DNA from: Oligoflexales bacterium | GTDB lineage: Bacteria; Bdellovibrionota_B; Oligoflexia; Oligoflexales; JAPPIL01 | NCBI GenBank assembly: GCA_965215515.1 | Contig: OZ244057.1 | Span: 576,001-640,000, forward strand | Length of the DNA stretch: 64,000 nt | Direction: 5' to 3' | Shown: positions 39,586 to 47,918 of the stretch, piece after piece | Layout of the letters: every line of letters starts with the position of its first letter | How positions within the stretch are numbered: the first letter of the stretch is position 1 | Program-made: the position numbers and the translations under genes | Notes under the pieces: generated by a model | Databases searched by the model: none | Told to the model about the DNA's origin: nothing | Seen by the model: only the letters and a program-made list of their open reading frames with translations

Positions 39586-41036
39586 GGCCAAAAATGGTGA
39601 AGTGCTGGAGAACTTTGTTCTCATGCTGCTGTATTGCCCCTCTGTCTTTTTGCGGGTTTGTTTCTTCGGTCTGAGGCGTGTTGATTTCAAAGATTTAAAT
39701 ACGTGGTCATGGATATTTACTGTCACTGGAAGCCTTGCAATAGTGCTGTTCTTGACGTTGAGCTATCAGCAAGCGATGAACCTGTATTTGCTGCTGTTGG
39801 GTGCTCTCTCAGTGATTGGGCTATTCGTCTATGGCTTCAAACCTTTTAGAAAACACGTTCTGTTTCAAAAAGCCATAAAGCGATCTGGCTTAAAAAGTGC
39901 TATCGGGGAAATGCCAAAGATAAAAGCCATCATCCCTATCGGAGAAAATCGCTCTAAGGTGGTTGTGGAGACATTGGGTGTTGGCCTCAATAAGTTTAAA
40001 GCACAAAGTGATAGTTTAACCGCTGGTTTTCGTCAAAAAATCGAAAGTATTGCTCATGGCAAAGACATGGGCAAGGTTGAGATTGTTCTGTGTGAAGGTG
40101 ATCTGCCGAAGATGGTAGGGTTTCATGAGTTGTATGCCCACGTTAAAGAGCCGTATTCGTTCATCGTTGGGCAGAGCATAAAGGGTGTGGTAGTGCAGAA
40201 AATTCAATCTCTGCCTCACTTACTTATATCTGGAGCGACAGGTGGCGGTAAATCGGTATTCTTCCGCTTCCACTCGCTTTGCTTGTGGAAGCTGTTTTGC
40301 CGCTTTCTAGCTCCTATGCTTTCACTGCTGAAAAGCTCGCCACACATTCAACTGTATCTCTTGGACTTGAAGCGTGGAGCGAGCAAGCGGCAGACAAGCC
40401 CCATGAGCGTAGCGAATGGAGGTCAAGGAATTTGGAGCACTGCTCAACGTCAGGATAGCAGCAGATGAGACGGAGGCGACGAACATTCTGGAGTCTCTTG
40501 TTGCTGAGATGCACCGCCGCTATGAAATCTTGGAGCAAAGTGGACACAAGTCGATCGACCCTGCGAGGGACAAGCTAGATTTGATCGTGGTGGGTATAGA
40601 TGAAGCGGCAGCGTTGTTTGGCAAAGGAGCAAGCAAATCTGCTCGTGAGTGCATGGGCGAGCTAGCTCGTTTGGCTAGAGCGGCTGGAATTCACCTTATA
40701 CTCTCCACACAAAAGCCAGTGAAAGAAGCCATTAGCACAGAGATATTGGATAACTTATCGGGACGAATGACCTTCAGGATGGTTTCAACTGCGGCTTCAA
40801 ACGTGGCGATGGGCGGAAGCTACGCTCAGAAGTTACCCGCAATCAAAGGACGCGGCATGTGGAGCAATGGCAGCGAACAGAAGCAGGTGCAAGCACCTTA
40901 TGTTGATGACGAATTGATTGAAGTAGAACTGGAGGTGATTAATCAAGAGTTTGCAGATGGCATCAGGAAAAATTTCAATTCACTTTTGGAGGTAACGGAT
41001 GATGACAAAATATCAGAGACAGCTAACCATGTTTGA
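39578..41036 (+). pseudogene. FtsK/SpoIIIE-type ATPase (candidate coupling protein), disrupted by two short insertions
   Basis: PHLLISGATGGGKS, LDLKRG|VE, IDEAA, ARAAGIHLILSTQKP; foreign segments at about 40266-40316 and 40380-40416. Confidence 0.85.
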
Positions 41037-41796
41037 TACTGAAACGATCCCGACAAAGGTTGTCTTAAGTGAACGTGATCTCAAATTGATGTGTTCTTTG
41101 TTTGAGAACAAGATCGCTAGCAGAAATCAGATAAACGAGCAGTTTTTTCATGGTGTCTCTATCCACACCGTGAACAGACGGCTGCGCAAGCTCGTATGTC
41201 TTGGGTTGATAACGAGAGTTACAGCGATGGTGAGTAGCAGGGTAATTTGTGGCTACTGCTTGAGCCGAAAGGGTCTCACCAAAATTAAACCGATATTGCC
41301 GTATAAGGTAAAAACCAAGACAACCTTAAGTGAATGCCCGTTACATGACATCGCCTTGAACGACATCCGCCAAGCATTTGAGGCGAAGGACGCAGTGCAA
41401 CGCTACTACACCGAGAATGTTCTGCAAACATGCACGGGCTTCAAATCAGACAGGCAGTTTAGGCCCTTTGTGGAACTGAACAGTGACGCAATGGCTGAAG
41501 TAAATACAAGAATCGGGGTGCTGAACTTGGCCATTGAGTTTGATACGACGGTCAAAAGTAAAGATCGTTACCGCCAAAAGGTTAATGCTTACTATGGCAA
41601 GCGAGGGATTGACGGGGTGTTATACATCTGTGCAAGCAAGCACATTTTAAACATCTTGCTCAAGATAGATAAGGAGGTAGCAGATCGCCATCGTCGTAAA
41701 CCGAAAGTGTATTTAGCTATGTTGAGCGATGTCATTTGTGCGCTGGACGAAATGACATTTACGAATGCCATCGGGTACATCTTCCGTGTTCGCTAG
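40999..41796 (+). CDS. Replication-relaxation (Replic_Relax, MOBC-like) relaxase, copy 2
   Basis: LSERD, VNRRLRKL, HDIAL, SDAM...AIEFD; follows the FtsK-type ATPase. Confidence 0.72.
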   Translation: MMTKYQRQLTMFDTETIPTKVVLSERDLKLMCSLFENKIASRNQINEQFFHGVSIHTVNRRLRKLVCLGLITRVTAMVSSRVICGYCLSRKGLTKIKPILPYKVKTKTTLSECPLHDIALNDIRQAFEAKDAVQRYYTENVLQTCTGFKSDRQFRPFVELNSDAMAEVNTRIGVLNLAIEFDTTVKSKDRYRQKVNAYYGKRGIDGVLYICASKHILNILLKIDKEVADRHRRKPKVYLAMLSDVICALDEMTFTNAIGYIFRVR

Positions 41797-41965
41797 GAAC
41801 ATGCAGGGTGCTTTTACTATATGCCCCCTATATCGTCTAAGTTGGGGCAGGAGGTGTGATTTAATATGTTGAATTTACTTGATTTAATGAGATGAGGTGT
41901 CTAGCGGTCAATAATTCGGGGGTTATTTTTCAGAGATCATTTTTAACAACCTATTAGGAGGTTTC

Positions 41966-42412
41966 ATGAAACAGAAGGTGATGGTGATGTGCTTGGTGTT
42001 GAGTGCCGCGTTAGCGGCTGGATGTGCAACGTTGCACAGGTCTATGTCTGTGGGTGTGGGCATAGGCATAGGGACAGGAGTAGCGGCAAACATGGCAGCA
42101 ACGGGGGGCAAGGGTGCGATGAAGGGCGCACTCTTCGGCGCGGTGATCGGTGCTGCTAGCAGCTACCTGATTCACAGTGCTTTGGAGAAGAGAGATGCCA
42201 AGACGAGGAAGCAGACGCTACTTAACCTCGATAAGTTCTCTGTCTCCACACCAACAGGCAGGCGAGGCGTGCAGGACTTTCGGCTGTCCGCTCCTGACGT
42301 TGACAAAGAATGTTTCGATTGGGAGGTGCGAGGCAATCAGCTAGTGCAACAACATTGCGTGTGGACGATCAGGGGTAACGCCACATGGCAACTAAACACA
42401 AGGAGGCGATGA
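41966..42412 (+). CDS. Lipoprotein with glycine zipper
   Basis: Lipobox LAAGC; GxxxG repeats. Confidence 0.7.
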   Translation: MKQKVMVMCLVLSAALAAGCATLHRSMSVGVGIGIGTGVAANMAATGGKGAMKGALFGAVIGAASSYLIHSALEKRDAKTRKQTLLNLDKFSVSTPTGRRGVQDFRLSAPDVDKECFDWEVRGNQLVQQHCVWTIRGNATWQLNTRRR

Positions 42413-42727
42413 ATGAGTGCAAAACAGAAGGAAATGTGTAGGGTGCTGTTGGACAAGGAGCAGGCTAGCCTCGTTAGCGGGCTAGTCGCCAAGTTGCGAG
42501 GTGACTACTGCAAGGTAGACAGCTCGAAGCTGCTGAACCAGATCGTGGCGATCTTCTTTCAGAAGTACGCGGCGCAGGAGTATGACAGCATCGCCACAAC
42601 GTTCTTCGACAAACGCGGCTACCTGCGCAACCTCATCAACACCGCCCCGATCGAGGACATAGACAAGTCTATCAAGACTTACTTAGGCAAGGGGCGCACG
42701 GTGAAGGTGCGAAAGCAACAGCCTTGA
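42413..42727 (+). CDS. Hypothetical protein
   Basis: AGGAGG RBS; abuts the lipoprotein gene. Confidence 0.55.
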   Translation: MSAKQKEMCRVLLDKEQASLVSGLVAKLRGDYCKVDSSKLLNQIVAIFFQKYAAQEYDSIATTFFDKRGYLRNLINTAPIEDIDKSIKTYLGKGRTVKVRKQQP

Positions 42728-42767
42728 ATTCAAATGTGTTGCGCTGTAACATTGAAAGGAGCGTGCT

Positions 42768-43076
42768 ATAACAAATGAAAATTCGGGAAGGTTTTGTAAA
42801 AAATGCGGCAAATTTAAACTCTGGGATTGTTTCAGCAAGAAGCCTGGTGGTCGGAACGGGCGGGACAGTGCTTGTAAAGACTGCCGCAAGCGGGCACAGG
42901 TCAGCAGGAGAAAGAAATTGCGTGCTAACAAGCACATGGTGATTGATGGTGAGAATTTGGTAATTAAACACCGTATCGTTGGCGACCCATTGAAAGTAGA
43001 TATAGATGGCATCGCCATGATTATCGCTAACGCCTACCACAACAGGAGTGAGGACTTATGTATAAAAAGCGCATGA
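42768..43076 (+). CDS. Zn-finger protein (CKKC...CKDC) with ATA start; candidate recombination directionality factor
   Basis: Open 102-codon frame absent from the ORF track; AAGGAG 6 nt upstream of ATA; overlaps the recombinase start. Confidence 0.5.
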   Translation: MTNENSGRFCKKCGKFKLWDCFSKKPGGRNGRDSACKDCRKRAQVSRRKKLRANKHMVIDGENLVIKHRIVGDPLKVDIDGIAMIIANAYHNRSEDLCIKSA

Positions 43077-44482
43077 ACCATAAGGAGATGAAGGCTCTGG
43101 TTTTGAAGGTCGTGGCGGATTGCCGCGGCCTTGCTGAACAGCATATCAAGAGCTGGCAGCCGTTCAATAAGGAGTGGCCAACGATTGAAGGAGCGGTTTA
43201 TTTGCGACTGTCTGATGATACACAAGTAGCCGTTGAGCGTGGATCGTTGGAGCAGCAAATTCACATCGCCATCTCTGAAGCACAGTATCGTTCGGAACAG
43301 GAGCGGATGAACTACAGGATTACCGAGTTCTACATTGAGCCAGGCATCACGGGCACGCATGGCAATCGCCCTCTGTTGCCGCTTTCTCGCTCCACATCAG
43401 GCTACAGCACAACATCAGCCTCAAAAAACATGGCAATAGCAATTACACCAGCGAACAAGAAGCGAGCTAGCAAGCGAGCGTTACAAAAAGGCGGCGTAGC
43501 GGTTCTTCAGGCTGTGCCAGAAATACGATTGCGAGATATGCATCAGAGGACTGCCGTTCAACCCTAACGATCCTGCTTCGATCCTACAACTTGATCAGCT
43601 AGCAGCTTTTGCTGAGTTCGAGTCTCGAACAACCTCAAAGCGTATCAGGGAAAGCAACCACTCTGCGTTGCTAACTTCAGGGAAATTCAACAGTCACTAT
43701 CCGCTGTTGGGGTTTGATGCGGTAAAAAACGAGCATGGTGAACATACTGGCATTTACAAGCCCAACAAGGCAGAACTGAAGCAGGTTGAGTGGATTATGT
43801 CATCGTTCCTGCGAGTGGACAGATACAAGACTCTACTTGATTGGTGTAGGGGGAAGAATATCAAGAGTAAGCGAGGTAGAGACTTTACATTAGTTAGCAT
43901 CAGGGGTCTGCTGACAAACCCTCGCTATATCGGCAAGTGGTATCGCAACAAGCACAACGCTGGCAAGAGACAGAGCAAGCTCATGCCCTATGAGCGTTAT
44001 ACTGAGGTTAAGTTGGATCATGGCTGCGTCATATTGACACGCGTTTGAGCTTCCTACTCGAAGGCGATAAAATGGAGATAGCACAGTCTTTCAGAGATGA
44101 GTATGAGAGACAGTTTTTAGACCTGAAAGACGAAGAGAGGGAGCTTATCGACAGGAAGAGGCAGCTTCAGTTACTGCAAAGACAGCTCGATGAAGCACAA
44201 GATGCTAGTAAGAGTGGGTGGTTAGATCATGCCAACAAGGCCATCAGCTGCATTAGGAAGAAGGATTTGATCTCGCTCAAATCTGCCTACAAGCAGCTCT
44301 TTCAGAAGATCATCGTTCACCCTCTGGATAGCACAAGATTGCAGTTGGAGTTTATCTTTAAGAGTGCGTCCACATCCATCCGCATGGGTGTGGACAAATT
44401 CTGTCCCTCGGTAGATTTGGTGGAGCATATCGGAATCGAACCGATGACCTCGGCAATGCCATTGCCGCGCTCTACCAACTGA
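43058..44482 (+). pseudogene. Large serine recombinase, copy B (disrupted; C-terminus reads into the tRNA antisense strand)
   Basis: YLRLSDDTQ, AEFESRTTSKR, LLTNPRYIG; same lesions as copy A at about 43372-43500, plus a deletion of roughly 0.4 kb at about 44035. Confidence 0.85.
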
Positions 44483-44493
44483 GCTAATGCCCC
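44418..44493 (-). tRNA. tRNA-Ala (GGC)
   Basis: GGGGCAT-TA-GCTCAGTTGGTAGAGC-G-CGGCA-ATGGCAT-TGCCG-AGGTC-ATCGGTTCGATTCCGAT-ATGCTCC-ACCA; 76-nt cloverleaf with G3:U70 and encoded CCA. Confidence 0.97.
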
Positions 44494-44554
44494 GTCATTC
44501 TTCTGTTACTGCCTTAACTGCACGCTCGCGACGTAATTCTTCTGTTACTACTAA

Positions 44555-45547
44555 CTAAATTCCTCTGCGAAAGAGCTGCAGAAACTTTGAATCCAACGAT
44601 AACAGTAGATTTGAGCGTTTTGTCAAAGTTTTTTTATAAGCTTCTAGAGTGCGAGAAAATTCGTAGAACTCAGGGTCTTTGCCGAGCTGTTTGGCATAGA
44701 TGTCGATCGCTTGAGCCTCGGCTTTACCCATAATTATCTCGCTGCGACGCAAGGCATCGGATTCAATGGCTTTGAGGTCTTTGTTTATCTTACCCGTGAT
44801 TTTTGCACTTTCACCCTTGCCAATCGATTTAATTTTTTCGGCAATACGCAAACGCTCAGAAATCATGCGTTGATAAACTTTCTCCTGCACACTTTCAACG
44901 TAAGCAATACGGCGGAGCTGTACGTCCACTAACTCAATACCAAAAACTTCCAACTCTTCTTGTGCACGCTTGATGATAATGCGACTGAGCTCCTCCCGCC
45001 CGACTTCGATGGCTTCAATCTCACCCATAATTTCTTCGTCGATGTTTTCTTCGCCCTCTTCCTCCCGCTGCCGCTGCTCAGCACTGCGTTTGACCCGCTC
45101 TTCAAGAATTTGATTGTCGTTGCGTACCGACTCAACCAGATTATGACTGGAAATTGTGTCACGGGTAATACCATCGATAATACCGTTGAGCTTGTTCTGT
45201 GCCCCATATTCGTTGATAACAATCTGCGCATACTTAACGGCATCAGCAATCCTCCACCGCGCCGTGGTATCGACAAGAATATACTTTTTGTCTTTAGTCG
45301 GAATCTGCTCAGGATCGCCATCCCAGGTCAACAAACGCTTCTCGTAAAAACGCACATCCTGAATAAACGGCAGTTTCCAATGCAAACCAGACTCGGTGAT
45401 CGGGGCACTGACAATACGCCCGAACTGCACAATCAAAGCCTGATGCTCCTCCCGCACCCGATAACTGGCACTGTAAACAACTATTACCACCAACAGCGCG
45501 GCAACCATATACACACTACTTTTCACCGATTCGCTCCTTCCTGTCAT
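44555..45547 (-). CDS. hflC: FtsH protease modulator HflC
   Basis: SPFH domain: GLHWKLPFIQ, TKDKK, VYQRMISER, DPEFYEFSRTLEAY. Confidence 0.93.
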   Translation of the reverse strand: MTGRSESVKSSVYMVAALLVVIVVYSASYRVREEHQALIVQFGRIVSAPITESGLHWKLPFIQDVRFYEKRLLTWDGDPEQIPTKDKKYILVDTTARWRIADAVKYAQIVINEYGAQNKLNGIIDGITRDTISSHNLVESVRNDNQILEERVKRSAEQRQREEEGEENIDEEIMGEIEAIEVGREELSRIIIKRAQEELEVFGIELVDVQLRRIAYVESVQEKVYQRMISERLRIAEKIKSIGKGESAKITGKINKDLKAIESDALRRSEIIMGKAEAQAIDIYAKQLGKDPEFYEFSRTLEAYKKTLTKRSNLLLSLDSKFLQLFRRGI

Positions 45548-46649
45548 CGCCGAGGAAATTTTGCAGATCGTCAGGTTTTTGATAAAGCGGCAGTATACCC
45601 TTCAAACTGCTATCCACAACAGTAATACGTGACAACGAAGTCATGACATCTTCCACGGTCTCTAGATAAAGACGCTTCTTGGTGACCTCAGGTGACTTGC
45701 GATACGAAGCATAAACTGAAGCAAAACGTTGCGACTCACCCCGTGCCTTGTTTAAAATAGAAACAGCATAACCCTGAGCATCAGCAATCTGCTTGTCAGC
45801 CTTACCACGAGCCTCAGGGATGATGCGATTGTACTCCTTCTCGGCATTGTTGATCGTCTCCTCCTGCTCCTGCTTGGCAACGTTAACCTCGTTGAAAGCA
45901 GGTTTCACCTCGTCAGGCGGATTGACATCCTGCAACTTGATCGTCACAATAGTGACCCCCAACTTGTACTTGTCGATAAGCTCTTGCGTAAGCTTCTTCG
46001 CTTCGACAGCAATGGCGATACGATCGGTAGTCAAGACACTGCTCACCGAACGATTGCCAACCACACGGCGCATAATAGACAACGATAAGTCGTTGATGTT
46101 GCGCACAGGATCTCTGGCACTGAACAAAAACAAACGCGGATCGCTGACACGATACTCAATCTTCCACTCGACGTTAGCCACATTGAGATCACCCGTGAGC
46201 ATAATACTCTCTTCGTTGATCTTATCCCTAGAAGTGCGCGTGACACGTCGCTCCATCGCCCGCTCCCGATAACCAAAACTCATCGGCTGACTGCTGATCG
46301 GAACCTTAACCACATCATCAACCCCAAAAGGAATTTTGAAATGTAGCCCATTATCCACCGTCTTGACGTACTCACCGAAACGAGTAACCACCCCACGCTC
46401 GTGAGGCTGGACAGTATAAAAAGACGAGAACGCCCCGTAGCCAACCAGAATAACAAGAACTATCAGCAACACCGACACAAAACTGCTGTCACCGCCACCC
46501 TGCCCACGCCCACTACCATTACCGCCGCGCCGCCGACCGCCACCCACCCTACCAAACCCCAGCTCGCTCAAAAAACTGTTGATCTCATCCATAATTTTAT
46601 CGCCAGAACCACGCGGGCGATTGAGCGGACGCACATTATCGTCATCCAT
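45516..46649 (-). CDS. hflK: FtsH protease modulator HflK
   Basis: Gly-rich N-terminus, MLTGDLN, LQDVNPP, PEARG, PEVTKKRLYLET; ATG 46649 preferred over 46763. Confidence 0.93.
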   Translation of the reverse strand: MDDDNVRPLNRPRGSGDKIMDEINSFLSELGFGRVGGGRRRGGNGSGRGQGGGDSSFVSVLLIVLVILVGYGAFSSFYTVQPHERGVVTRFGEYVKTVDNGLHFKIPFGVDDVVKVPISSQPMSFGYRERAMERRVTRTSRDKINEESIMLTGDLNVANVEWKIEYRVSDPRLFLFSARDPVRNINDLSLSIMRRVVGNRSVSSVLTTDRIAIAVEAKKLTQELIDKYKLGVTIVTIKLQDVNPPDEVKPAFNEVNVAKQEQEETINNAEKEYNRIIPEARGKADKQIADAQGYAVSILNKARGESQRFASVYASYRKSPEVTKKRLYLETVEDVMTSLSRITVVDSSLKGILPLYQKPDDLQNFLGDDRKERIGEK

Positions 46650-46878
46650 GCACTGCACTCCTTCGCGACGAAACCACACACCCGCCACCGACAAGGCGAG
46701 CACCCCGTTTAAACAAAACACAGCAAGCTTGGCAAGCTCCAAATACTCGCGGACGAGATTCAACTTCCCACCGACCTACACCCCGATGCACACCGCTACC
46801 CCACAATTGCAACAACAGATTGCCATACAGAACGCAACGCTTTAGAATGACAACAGGCAGTGCGGTGAACACAGAGCG

Positions 46879-47796
46879 ATGCAATGTCCGCAACTACTGA
46901 CAATACCATTACTGCTGTCACTAACGACAGCGACAGAGGCGGGAACATTGACCGACTACCTCAGCAAAACATGGCAGAGCTGGCGCGCTAAACTGACCGC
47001 ACCCGCGATGCGCCTTTTCTACTACCCCGAGCGAGCAGAAATCCCCCCGCCGCCAAGCTCGCAAGAACTCAACACACAAGAGATTTTTCTGCACACCGCC
47101 GACGGAGTGCGCTTACACGGGCGTTTTTATCAACATAACACCACCCCCGCACGCGGCACAGTAGTGCAGTTCCACGGCAACGCAGGTAACATTACCAACC
47201 ACGTCGGTCTCCTGCTGTGGCTGGTGGAACACGGCTACAACCTCTTCGTTTTCGACTATCGCGGCTACGGACGTTCAGAATCAACACCATCGCCCGCAGG
47301 CCTGCACCAAGATGCCCTCGCCGCCCTCCACGAAACCGAACGCCTGCACCGTACCTACGCCGACAAAGGATTGCTGATCATCGTCGGACAATCACTCGGC
47401 GGAGCAGTGGTGCTGAAAGCACTAGAAAACTTTACCGCCACCCTGCCCGTCGCCCTGCTAGTGCTCGACTCGACCTTCGCCTCGTACCGCGACGTCGCCC
47501 TGCGTATCACCAGCACCAACTTTCCTGGCCTGCTGCTCGCCCCATTCGCCTGGCTGCTGGTGTCCGATGCCTACGCCGCAGACCTTAAACACTGTTGCCC
47601 ACAACACCTGCTAGTCCTGCACTCCAAACACGACCAAACCGTGCCCTTCAGCTGCGGTCAACACATCTACGAACAAGCTAACTCCAAACATAAAAACTTC
47701 TGGACCGACAACACCATGACACACCTGCTACTCACCCACGACAGACCCGATATCCAACAACGCTTTTTGAGATTACTCCAAAACCTAAACCCCTAA
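46879..47796 (+). CDS. Alpha/beta hydrolase
   Basis: FHGNAGN, FDYRGYGRS, GQSLGG nucleophile elbow, HSKHDQTVP. Confidence 0.88.
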   Translation: MQCPQLLTIPLLLSLTTATEAGTLTDYLSKTWQSWRAKLTAPAMRLFYYPERAEIPPPPSSQELNTQEIFLHTADGVRLHGRFYQHNTTPARGTVVQFHGNAGNITNHVGLLLWLVEHGYNLFVFDYRGYGRSESTPSPAGLHQDALAALHETERLHRTYADKGLLIIVGQSLGGAVVLKALENFTATLPVALLVLDSTFASYRDVALRITSTNFPGLLLAPFAWLLVSDAYAADLKHCCPQHLLVLHSKHDQTVPFSCGQHIYEQANSKHKNFWTDNTMTHLLLTHDRPDIQQRFLRLLQNLNP

Positions 47797-47918
47797 GCAA
47801 ACCAAAGCTATTTGTTTGACACACAAGACACCGCCGTCCAATTGTGAAATTACTCCAAAACCTAAACCCCTAAGCAAACCAAAGCTATCGCTTGACATAC
47901 AAGATGTCGCTGTCCAAG
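47772..47918. repeat. 77-bp tandem duplication spanning two convergent stop codons
   Basis: attactccaaaacctaaacccctaagcaaaccaaagctat is identical at 47772 and 47849; the remainder is diverged. Confidence 0.9.

Larger units (their letters stand above)
3000..44420. mobile_element. Composite genomic island / tandem ICE-like elements integrated at the tRNA-Ala 3' end
   Basis: Compositional shift relative to the flanks; T4SS, relaxase and serine recombinase genes; right boundary at the tRNA CCA end. The left boundary is approximate. Confidence 0.85.

Noticed and set aside
44497..44549. 14-bp direct repeat attcttctgttact in the hflC-tRNA spacer
   Set aside because: It lies on the 5' side of the tRNA, outside the island; only two short copies and no supportable function.
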